Positions 46,218-54,753 of a stretch of 64,000 nucleotides of DNA are shown piece after piece (within the stretch, counting starts at the first letter, position 1; every line of letters begins with the position of its first letter). Origin of the DNA: Candidatus Daviesbacteria bacterium (GTDB lineage: Bacteria > Patescibacteriota > Microgenomatia > Daviesbacterales > UBA10151); the NCBI GenBank assembly GCA_016187025.1, contig JACPKM010000008.1, forward strand, positions 1,361 through 65,360, read 5' to 3'. Below the pieces are notes generated by a model that saw only the letters and a list, made by a program, of their open reading frames with translations, was not told where the DNA came from and searched no databases. The translations under genes and the position numbers were made by a program.

Positions 46218-47759
46218 TTAACTTGCTACACTTGCAGGCCTATCTGCAGCAAACAACTTAAATAAACCTCTCCAGTTATATGCAACAGATATAAACGGCA
46301 TAAACATAACAATATTAAAAAATGCCCATGACACATTTGTTGCAACAGAGGGTGTCAACCCATCTCTATACAAAGCAATAAATACCCCAATTACTGACAA
46401 GATAACAAAAAAGATATGGGGAATTGCCAAAAATAGAAAGTTTCCTTCCTGAGCCTTTTTAGAGGTAACAACAAACATAGTCTTTTCTCTAAAAAGAAGT
46501 GATTTTAGAGCAGAAAGCTGCAGTGTAAAGCTGGAATGGGAAAAAGCTATTGCCCTAAATGTCAAAGACCCATCTGAAACTTTAAATATAGTCAAAAAGA
46601 TTAGCAGTATTAAAGGAATAAATACTAAAGTAAAAGAGGTAGTGGTAGCTGCAACCGGTGATATTCCCGTATACAAAAATATTATAGGTATTAGCAAATC
46701 TATTAATACAACAACCCCATTAAAATAATAGGCTGCAGATGAAAGGTATTGAATTTTTTGCCGCCAAGAAAGTCTTTTTTTAAATAACGGATTATGGGCA
46801 AACAATACCTCCAATGATCCCCTCGCCCATCTGTGCTGTTGTTTATAATAGGACAATAAATCTTGCGGAGCCAGCCCTTCTGCCAACACCTCTTTTGTAT
46901 AAAATGCTTTCCAGCCTTTTTGATAAATAAACAAAGATGTTAGAAAATCTTCTGCAATATTATCCTCACACATACCACCAGCCTCGTCTAGCGCTTTTCT
47001 TCTAATAGCAACATTTGTACCAGAGATGATTGCACTGTTTTGCCTACCTTTGCCTTCCATAATTGGACCAAAGAAAAACTCTTGCTGCTCCCACGCTGTT
47101 TTGGCAATAATGTTTTTATTGTAGTTTTTATAATATTGAGGAGTCTGGACAAACCCAACTTTGGGATCGCCAAAATAAGGTATGGTTTTTTCTAGGAAAT
47201 CCTCATGCACCATCATATCCGCATCAAGGATAACAACAATTTCTCCTTTGGTGTTTTTTAACGCATTATTGATATTACCGGCCTTAGCACCAGACCCCGA
47301 CTTTCTGGTAATGCAAAATACTCCCAAATCAGAAGCTAAGTTTTCTATCTGCTTCCAGTTGTCTTTTTTTGCAATAAAACCGTCGTTTAAAATATAAATG
47401 GAAAATTTATCGTATTTTAGATCCTTGGCAGCCAGGACAGTTTTCTTAACCACCTCCACCTGCTCTCCTGCAACAGTGATGTAAATATCAACTTTGGGGT
47501 TTGACTCCCATGCATTTTGATCCTTCTCTAGTAAAGGATTATAGTCTTGCGGCCAGATAGTCTGCCAAAAAGTAAAAGCCATAAAAAGATGGTATACCTC
47601 TCCAAAAAATAGACTAAAATAAAACAGCGGATGACCGATATGGCTGGGGTCTAACCACCAAAAACCATAAATTAAAGCTAAAATAGAATTTAGCACAAGC
47701 AATGCCTTGCTGCTTACCTTTGAGCTTATTACTGGTAGCTTTAATCTGGGTTTAGTCAT
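46218..47759 (-). CDS. Cellulose synthase-like GT2 (BcsA-type core, no PilZ)
   Basis: KAGNIN, DAD, VQTPQ, AED and QQHRW; the protein ends right after the last TM. Confidence 0.88.
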   Translation of the reverse strand: MTKPRLKLPVISSKVSSKALLVLNSILALIYGFWWLDPSHIGHPLFYFSLFFGEVYHLFMAFTFWQTIWPQDYNPLLEKDQNAWESNPKVDIYITVAGEQVEVVKKTVLAAKDLKYDKFSIYILNDGFIAKKDNWKQIENLASDLGVFCITRKSGSGAKAGNINNALKNTKGEIVVILDADMMVHEDFLEKTIPYFGDPKVGFVQTPQYYKNYNKNIIAKTAWEQQEFFFGPIMEGKGRQNSAIISGTNVAIRRKALDEAGGMCEDNIAEDFLTSLFIYQKGWKAFYTKEVLAEGLAPQDLLSYYKQQHRWARGSLEVLFAHNPLFKKRLSWRQKIQYLSSAAYYFNGVVVLIDLLIPIIFLYTGISPVAATTTSFTLVFIPLILLIFLTIFKVSDGSLTFRAIAFSHSSFTLQLSALKSLLFREKTMFVVTSKKAQEGNFLFLAIPHIFFVILSVIGVFIALYRDGLTPSVATNVSWAFFNIVMFMPFISVAYNWRGLFKLFAADRPASVAS

Positions 47760-47762
47760 ATA

Positions 47763-48938
47763 TTAAAGTTTAGGCAGCTGCCCGTTATATAAAGCAACTC
47801 CAAACCATAACCAATTTTTCTCATAATACGGCAGTTCCTGGTTAAAGCTATCTTCGTCATTTGAATAAAGCTTAATAATTTTTTCTTCATAGATTTTTTT
47901 TGCTAAGTCTGGATTTTTTACTGACAAAAATCCTAAGGATGTTGCATAAAGAGCAGGACTTTCTTTTTCTGAAAGCTCTTCTCCCTCATGAGAATAACTT
48001 TCAACCAGCTTACCATCCTTGTGTAAATGATCTATCAACTTATTAAATGCAGCGGAAAGATAGACACGGGCTTTCTCGTCTTTGTTCCATTGCCAATCAA
48101 GCGCAATCCTCCAAGGTACTCTTAAAGCATCATAAGAGTAAGTCGTGTTCATTCCTTTTAAACCAGCTTCTTTAATTTCTCCATTTTTTCTATTCAAAGA
48201 CATCCAATCAGGCGGGAGACCGACTCCTCTTGGTCTATCCAGTTTTTCCCGGCCAGACCTATCCAGCAACTCGTAGGCCGGATCAATTAAACTATTCCAG
48301 TCATTTTCCTGATCCACTTCAGCAAAGATTTTCCACGCATAAGGTGCAAAATATGAAGGATTAATTATTAAAGTATCCTCATTCTTAGCCCAATTACCCG
48401 CTATTAAATAGCGCCTACCACCAACTTCCTGGGTTTCTTTATCCCAGATATCTTTTAATATTTCTAAGCTTTCTGTTTGGTAACTTGGATTTTCCCAGCG
48501 CCGGCTTGCCAAAATTAAGCTTAAAGCTATATCGGTATCTGCATCAGAGGCACTATTTATACCTCCATTGGGTAAAAACCCATAGTTTTTACCTTCTATC
48601 TTTCCCCATCTCCAACCAAACAAATTATCTTCATCTCTTTTCAAATTTTGCTTTGTCCAAGTCCAAATTCGGTTAAAGCTTTCTCTATCATCTATCCAAA
48701 CAGCCCTAAGTAGAGCATATGATTGGCCTTCAGAAGTGGTAAAATCCTCCTGGCTGTTATCTATTACCCTCCCATCCTGATTTATAAACTGGTCCTTATA
48801 TCTAATCCATGAAGCAGCAAGTAATGTTTTAGGGGAAAATGTTCTGGTAAGGTCAGCATATTTACTGTTTACATATAGGGTAAATAAAAAACCTAATATT
48901 CCAATTATTACTAAAACATAGGCTATATGTTTTCTCAT
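47763..48938 (-). CDS. GH8 endoglucanase (BcsZ-like)
   Basis: TTSEGQSY, SASDAD, NPSY and YDALR. Confidence 0.92.
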   Translation of the reverse strand: MRKHIAYVLVIIGILGFLFTLYVNSKYADLTRTFSPKTLLAASWIRYKDQFINQDGRVIDNSQEDFTTSEGQSYALLRAVWIDDRESFNRIWTWTKQNLKRDEDNLFGWRWGKIEGKNYGFLPNGGINSASDADTDIALSLILASRRWENPSYQTESLEILKDIWDKETQEVGGRRYLIAGNWAKNEDTLIINPSYFAPYAWKIFAEVDQENDWNSLIDPAYELLDRSGREKLDRPRGVGLPPDWMSLNRKNGEIKEAGLKGMNTTYSYDALRVPWRIALDWQWNKDEKARVYLSAAFNKLIDHLHKDGKLVESYSHEGEELSEKESPALYATSLGFLSVKNPDLAKKIYEEKIIKLYSNDEDSFNQELPYYEKNWLWFGVALYNGQLPKL

Positions 48939-49426
48939 ATAAATTTGGGATAGTGAGGAGGCTGTTGATTGAATTTGATAGGTCTTAAAAGAAGCACGCC
49001 CAATCCTAGAGAAAACATCGAGATAGTAACTAAAACAATATTAATTATTGGGTTTAAACCATTAGGGCGATAATAATCTTTTGATAGGCTACGGAACGCT
49101 AAGTTCATTGGAGGAATCGGGGTGCTAATATTTTCGATTTGATCATTTTTCTTTTCATTTATACTTGTTCTTACAGGAACAGGAGTTGATTCTGTTATTT
49201 TAGGCTGTGGTTTGGTTTTGGCAGTGTTTAACGGTTTACCCTCAGATTTACCTGAATTATCTAACTTGATATCTTCGTTGACAGATGATCCTCTGCCGCT
49301 ATTGTCTACACTCTGCCCTTTTTGGTCATTTCCATCCTTTGAGTAAACATAAACCACATTCATGGTTAGTACCCCATAGAGATAGATAAATATAACTAAA
49401 ACTAGATTTATCAGTCCTTTTTTCAT
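48935..49426 (-). CDS. Two-TM protein with low-complexity loop, first gene of the glucan operon
   Basis: TM segments at both ends; ATGA overlap with the GH8 gene. Confidence 0.7.
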   Translation of the reverse strand: MKKGLINLVLVIFIYLYGVLTMNVVYVYSKDGNDQKGQSVDNSGRGSSVNEDIKLDNSGKSEGKPLNTAKTKPQPKITESTPVPVRTSINEKKNDQIENISTPIPPMNLAFRSLSKDYYRPNGLNPIINIVLVTISMFSLGLGVLLLRPIKFNQQPPHYPKFI

Positions 49427-49548
49427 AAATCCCCGTTCTAAAGCTTAAATGAAATTTGAAAATTAAAAGTAAATAGTAGTTCTTCTTGGTTAATGTTACT
49501 AAATATTCTTGTAAGACTTTAGTAAACATCAGATTTTTTCTAAAAAAC

Positions 49549-50538
49549 TTAGCCCTCTGCCAACTCTTCAGCAAATCTCCTTCTTTCTGTAGGGGAAAGT
49601 CTAATCCCATTAATAGCTTCTATTATAATCTGGGTTACCCGTTTGTAAGAGGTATTGTGAGCTTTGGCAATCTCAACAAATCCTTGTGCTTCCTCGTATG
49701 GAGCAATTCCAAACCGCCTCCTTAACATATCTGCATGCCTGTGTTTTAATGTTGCAAGCATTGCTTGGGTTTTTTCCTCAAGGCTTCCCTGTCTAAGATG
49801 AGCAAAAGCCTCATCTACAGTAGAATGATCACCGGCTACCATATCTACCAACCTATCACCGTCTGTTTCAAACGGATTAACTGGAGAAGTCAACGACAAC
49901 AAAGGGTTATTTTGCCATTCTAGCGCAGCTTTTGTGGTAGAATAACCCTCCCCACCCTCAGATGCTATCCTCTCTACAAGCTCTGCGGGAGTTAACCTTA
50001 TCCCCTCGCCTAACAACTCTGCGGCTAATCTGTTGGCGTGTTGTAAATCTTGACTAGCATTTGGAGGTATACGGACAACTCTTCCGCCGGTATCATACCC
50101 CCTTTCTATGGCCCGTTCTATCCTTGGGTGTGCATAGGTAGTTAAACTTCCCTTATCAGGATCTAAGTCGTCAACAGCTTTTACTAAGCCACACGCTCCA
50201 TCCTGTACACAATCCGGAAAAGGCATATCACGTCTAGTAGAAAGACTCCTGGCTCTATCAATAACCAGTCTCACACAGGATAAAGCTAAAGTTTCGCGTG
50301 CAGCTTGTCCCTCGGATACACCCCATAACAACCCAGTTCTTATATCCTCTGGCAGAAATACACCCGTCCAGTTTAAAATCAAAGCTGCCAATCTTCCGGA
50401 GTGTTGAGTGCTAACTAGCTCTCTTTGTTGTTCGCGGCTTAAAAAACCCACACCAGTAGATACAAGATCTCTCCTCAATTGAATCATTGGGTCATCTAAG
50501 GGTATATTCTCCTCTGGTACCTGAGTTATTTTTTCCAT
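49549..50538 (-). CDS. Divergent sigma70-family (group 2/3-like) sigma factor
   Basis: DCVQDGACGLVKAVDDLDPDKG, TTYA, RVVRIP and a region 4 helix-turn-helix. Confidence 0.8.
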   Translation of the reverse strand: MEKITQVPEENIPLDDPMIQLRRDLVSTGVGFLSREQQRELVSTQHSGRLAALILNWTGVFLPEDIRTGLLWGVSEGQAARETLALSCVRLVIDRARSLSTRRDMPFPDCVQDGACGLVKAVDDLDPDKGSLTTYAHPRIERAIERGYDTGGRVVRIPPNASQDLQHANRLAAELLGEGIRLTPAELVERIASEGGEGYSTTKAALEWQNNPLLSLTSPVNPFETDGDRLVDMVAGDHSTVDEAFAHLRQGSLEEKTQAMLATLKHRHADMLRRRFGIAPYEEAQGFVEIAKAHNTSYKRVTQIIIEAINGIRLSPTERRRFAEELAEG

Positions 50539-50619
50539 TACAGTATTTTAAATATATTGGCACCTCTTGTCAAAAACTATTAGGATTAAAAGATAAATTT
50601 TGGTAAAATATGCAGGTAT

Positions 50620-50691
50620 GGGTCGCTAGCTCAACGGTAGAGCACCGCCCTCTTAAGGCGGCTGTTCAGGGTTCGAATCCCTGGCGGCCCA
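50620..50691 (+). tRNA. tRNA-Lys(CTT)
   Basis: Acceptor GGGTCGC/GCGGCCC; anticodon arm CCGCC-CTCTTAA-GGCGG. Confidence 0.95.
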
Positions 50692-51146
50692 CATTAACTA
50701 ACTCAAGTTTATCTCCCCAGACATCATAATAACTGCCATACCCTTTGTTTCTTGCTAAATATTCTACTTCTTCAAACACTTCCTGCATTGCTGATACATC
50801 CACTTGATTTATCTATTTCAACAATTGCATGCAGCAAGTTATATCTGTCCCACTCATGAGACGTACCAACTAGAGCATATTTTTCAAATTTTGAGATTTC
50901 CTGGATCGCTCTATTAGAAAGATCAATTTTTAACTGCTCGTATTTTTCGTAGTAATAGTCTTTTGCTTTTTGTTTAAATTTTTTTAGAGTTTTATCCTTA
51001 ACAATTATGTAAATATCACAATCAGAATCATTTATACCTGCACTTTTTATGTGAGAGCCTGTAAGAAACATACCTAAGACCCAAGGCTCATCTTCCAGAT
51101 CCCTTACTAAGCTTTTATAAAGACTAGATTGTTGTATCTCTATCAT
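50692..51146 (-). pseudogene. Nucleotidyltransferase-domain gene with frameshift and probable internal deletion
   Basis: GS...DSDCD motif; after DKSSG another frame reads DVSAMQEVFEEVEYLARNKGYGSYYDVWGD. Confidence 0.6.
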
Positions 51147-51170
51147 TCCTGGTAGAAATTATATAAAAGT

Positions 51171-51914
51171 TTAGGAGCCGCCTTTTTGCCAATTTGCTTT
51201 TTTTATCATTGGGCCAAAGAGATCATTTTCAGGTTCGATAATAAGCTCATTGAGTTCCTCTTGAGTAGGATTTTTGTCTTGAAATTCAACAAATGGAACA
51301 TCTTCTATTATTCCTATTGGAGTTTGTTCTGCACCTTCACCCATTACTGCTCCTGCACCGGCTGCTAACCCATTGATTATTCCTACTTTAGTATATTTAA
51401 ACTCTTTTCCGAATACATCCTTAGTTCCTGTAATATTTCTAATTGGCTTGAAGCCGCTATAGGCAATTGGTCCAGCTATTACTCCCCACTGCAGAGGAAT
51501 TGCGGTCATATCAGTTATAACAACACCTACCTTTTTTATATTAAACTTATCCTTTAAAAATGCCCTGATTTGATTTGCGCTTTGTTGTGCATCTTTTGGC
51601 CACAGCACATAATAACCATTACCATTTGATTCATCTATCCCTGATGAATAAGTTAAATAATTTTTAGTGATAGTTATATACAGGTTGAATTTATGCTCCT
51701 TTGCAGGTATAAAAAACTGGGACTCTTTTTTTATTAGTTCATCAAGTTTATCTTTGTTAAGCTTTACAGCTCTTCCCTCACAAATTGCCACGATTTTTGA
51801 GGCTATCACAACTATGGATTCTTCTTTTAAATAAAGAATGTATTTATCCAGTACTCTTAATATATCTTTGTCTGAAATAGTGACCTTGTGAGTTTTAATA
51901 GCCTTTACAATCAT
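51171..51914 (-). CDS. CofE-like gamma-glutamyl ligase family protein
   Basis: SKIVAICEG, GIDESN, GVVITD and MGEGAEQTP. Confidence 0.85.
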   Translation of the reverse strand: MIVKAIKTHKVTISDKDILRVLDKYILYLKEESIVVIASKIVAICEGRAVKLNKDKLDELIKKESQFFIPAKEHKFNLYITITKNYLTYSSGIDESNGNGYYVLWPKDAQQSANQIRAFLKDKFNIKKVGVVITDMTAIPLQWGVIAGPIAYSGFKPIRNITGTKDVFGKEFKYTKVGIINGLAAGAGAVMGEGAEQTPIGIIEDVPFVEFQDKNPTQEELNELIIEPENDLFGPMIKKANWQKGGS

Positions 51915-51938
51915 GAATTAAGTTAAAAGTTAGTGTAA

Positions 51939-52646
51939 CTATTTAATAGCCGGTGAGATGGATTTTATTTGGGGTAATAATTTTTTGGAAATTAAAAACT
52001 TCAAAATAGATTTGACTACCAAATAAGAAACTGCAATACCAACAGCAAAAAGAACTCTTTCAGCAATCACAATAGGAATAAGGTTATTCCATACATCCGC
52101 CGGCAGATTAAATGCCCAAATCCAGGCTGCTCCACCAACAGCATGGGCTGTAAAGGTTGCCCCCAAGCTACGCACTAGTAAAACATCTTTTCTAAAATAG
52201 GCTATGAGAGGAATTATCCAAAATAGCCCGTAGTACCAGGCTTGTCTACCATATGGATGAAGCCAGAATAAAATCATGGCCAAAACTGGCACAAGTAGAA
52301 TAGCTTTTTGGCTCTTATCTCTAGAAAAAGTAGCAAAGTAATATACAGCAAAAAGCATTGGGAAAAGTCTGACGATTGATCCTGCAGATATAGGAGTTTG
52401 ATGGATTATATAGTTTAAAACCTCTACACCCAAAACCGTCACAATCCCCAAAATAGGACCTAAAAATGCTCCGGCAACAGGAGCAAAGAAATCAAAAAGA
52501 GTAAAGGAAACATTACTACCAGCAAGTTTGTTAAAAGGAATCTGAAAAACCACGAACCCAACAACTGCAAATAAAACTATAAAGATAAGTATACTTGCCT
52601 TAGATTTCATACACATATATTTATAAATTATCAGTCTAAATGTCAA
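51939..52646 (-). CDS. Six-TM membrane protein, possible ECF S-component
   Basis: APVAGAFLGPILG (AxxxG-like); size fits an S-component. Confidence 0.6.
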   Translation of the reverse strand: MTFRLIIYKYMCMKSKASILIFIVLFAVVGFVVFQIPFNKLAGSNVSFTLFDFFAPVAGAFLGPILGIVTVLGVEVLNYIIHQTPISAGSIVRLFPMLFAVYYFATFSRDKSQKAILLVPVLAMILFWLHPYGRQAWYYGLFWIIPLIAYFRKDVLLVRSLGATFTAHAVGGAAWIWAFNLPADVWNNLIPIVIAERVLFAVGIAVSYLVVKSILKFLISKKLLPQIKSISPAIK

Positions 52647-52653
52647 GCAGCAA

Positions 52654-54066
52654 CTAGATTTGCAAAGGCAAAACTTTCATAAGTTTTTCTTCAGATTTTC
52701 TTAAATAAAAGATATTGTATTTTGGATAAAATAGAAATGTAGCTGGAGCATCCTCAAGTAAGGCTTTTTGGAAATCAAAATATCTTTCCTTTCTTTTCTC
52801 ATCATCTGAGGTCTTTCTTGCATCTTCCAAATCCTTATCAACTCTGGCTGAGGAATAATTGCTTAAGTTTGTTTTTTTCTGGGTTGAATGCCAAAGAAAG
52901 TATTGATCAGGATCATCAGGAATAGTTTGAGTAATTAAAAGAGCCTGGAAGTTTTGAGGAATACCTGATTCTACTCTAAGCTTTGCATTCAAACCTAAAT
53001 CTTTCCAGCTTGCAACAACCTTTTTACCTACATCTTCTAAATACGGTGTGGTAGTTAAAACTAATTCTTTTTTTAGTACCTCTTCACCTGCTGAGGCTTT
53101 TGCCCTTTGTAGAGCTTCTTGTGCTTCCTCTTTGTTTGCCAAATACTTTTTGGATTTTTTATCATAGGCCCAGGATTTGATAGCCAGCGGATTATTGGCA
53201 ACCTCCATACCATCAATCTTAGGAGAAATAAAACTCAGTGCTTGTCTGATAGATCTGATACCAAGCAACTGTTCATTAGTATTGTATAAAACAGTTACCA
53301 GTTCCTTAAAAAATGTTTTTTGATGAATTCTGATTTGAGGATTATCAGCAACTGAACTATTGTTTATCCCAAAAAGAGCATGAATTTCTCCTAATTTAAA
53401 GCCTGTTAAAGCAGTTTTCTCGTTTGGATAAAATCTGATATTTAGTTCAGGAAATTTACGCTCTATTGATTTTAACTTGAGCTTGGTAATGAAGATCTTG
53501 CTTTTTTCTAATCCTACAAGCCGGTAAGGTCCCACTCCTATCAGTGTCCCTTTTTTAAATATCGGCTTTGTTAAAAGCGAGGGAAAAGGAGAATAAGAAT
53601 CTTTAAGGTGAAACTCTACTATTTTTTCATCAGGATATTTTACCTCAACATTAGGGATCCCAAAATCAAGATCTGTAGACAAGACATCAGTATTATCTAC
53701 CCACTTTAAATTATTTTTTAACCTAAATTTAAAAACAGTAGCATCAGAGTTTGTTTCCCAACCAGTTACCAAATTCGCCTTGATCTTACCATCCTCAGCA
53801 GACTTTACCAATCCGTCTGAGAGTAGCTCTGCAACCTCTGTTGGCAAGTCATGGGTTTGATAAGTACCCACAAACCCTTGAGTCAGAACCTGTCTGGGTT
53901 GTAGAAAATCTAGCTTATACAAAAGAAAAGCTAGTATGAGTGAAGAAAATAGTGATATGAAAAAGGTTTTTTTATTTCTTTTTATGTAATGATAGCAGAT
54001 TAAGTAAGCTATTGTAATTGAACGTAAGTTAAAGAAAAAAGGTATGTTTTTAGTTATCATTTCCAT
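52654..54066 (-). CDS. ABC transporter substrate-binding protein, family 5
   Basis: GLV...KWVD, GVGPY and DPDQYFLWHS. Confidence 0.85.
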   Translation of the reverse strand: MEMITKNIPFFFNLRSITIAYLICYHYIKRNKKTFFISLFSSLILAFLLYKLDFLQPRQVLTQGFVGTYQTHDLPTEVAELLSDGLVKSAEDGKIKANLVTGWETNSDATVFKFRLKNNLKWVDNTDVLSTDLDFGIPNVEVKYPDEKIVEFHLKDSYSPFPSLLTKPIFKKGTLIGVGPYRLVGLEKSKIFITKLKLKSIERKFPELNIRFYPNEKTALTGFKLGEIHALFGINNSSVADNPQIRIHQKTFFKELVTVLYNTNEQLLGIRSIRQALSFISPKIDGMEVANNPLAIKSWAYDKKSKKYLANKEEAQEALQRAKASAGEEVLKKELVLTTTPYLEDVGKKVVASWKDLGLNAKLRVESGIPQNFQALLITQTIPDDPDQYFLWHSTQKKTNLSNYSSARVDKDLEDARKTSDDEKRKERYFDFQKALLEDAPATFLFYPKYNIFYLRKSEEKLMKVLPLQI

Positions 54067-54086
54067 GCAGTGAGAATTTGTAGAAA

Positions 54087-54302
54087 TTATACCACCAGGC
54101 CTACAAAAGCAAGAATAATAAAAACAACCGAAAGTCCAATTGTAATATAAAATAATAACTTTTCTGCTCCTCTTTTTGTTCTATAAAGAGAAAAATCCCC
54201 TCCAAAAGCTGATCCTAAACCTGCTCCTTTTTGCTGAATTATTACCACCAATATCAGAAGAATTCCTACTACAATTTGTATTATATTAATTAAAGCTTGC
54301 AT
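54087..54302 (-). CDS. secG: Preprotein translocase subunit SecG
   Basis: QQKGAGLGSAFGG and RGAEK. Confidence 0.95.
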   Translation of the reverse strand: MQALINIIQIVVGILLILVVIIQQKGAGLGSAFGGDFSLYRTKRGAEKLLFYITIGLSVVFIILAFVGLVV

Positions 54303-54351
54303 ATTAATTTTCCTATATTACTATTTTTCCCGGATAAAGTATAGAGAAAGA

Positions 54352-54753
54352 TCAGTGCATGAGCCAGTGTAAAAAATGGGTGATTATTCCTATTATCAAT
54401 GAGGCAATTATAGCAACCCACAAAGGCGTTAGTCCGAAAGGCGGGATTATAAAACCATTTATTGAGTAACCAGGAAAATCATATGGTAAAAGCATAAACT
54501 GAGGTAAAACTCTTGTTAGGGCAAATAGTGCCAGTACATTACTAACCCAGGCAAACAGTCCCAAGGTCAGTAGGTTCAAAGGTAAAAGCAAAATTTTTAA
54601 AACAGGCACCAGTACAATATTGATAACAGCAAAGGCTAATCCTCCCAGTAAAAGCGTCCTAAAACCTCCGGTAAAAGTTAATCCGCTGATAAGTTGTGTA
54701 GCAATCCAAAGAGATGAGAAATTAATTAAATAATATCTTACAAGTGTTTTCAT
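54352..54753 (-). CDS. YvlD-like 4-TM 'phage holin family' membrane protein
   Basis: PVLKILLLPLNLLTLGLF. Confidence 0.85.
   Translation of the reverse strand: MKTLVRYYLINFSSLWIATQLISGLTFTGGFRTLLLGGLAFAVINIVLVPVLKILLLPLNLLTLGLFAWVSNVLALFALTRVLPQFMLLPYDFPGYSINGFIIPPFGLTPLWVAIIASLIIGIITHFLHWLMH

Noticed and set aside
51171-51914. F420 biosynthesis
   Set aside because: No cofC, cofD, cofG or cofH in the window; the CofE-like fold alone is not enough.
54352-54753. Holin as evidence of a lysis cassette
   Set aside because: YvlD-like gene in a housekeeping uvrC-secG context with no adjacent endolysin.
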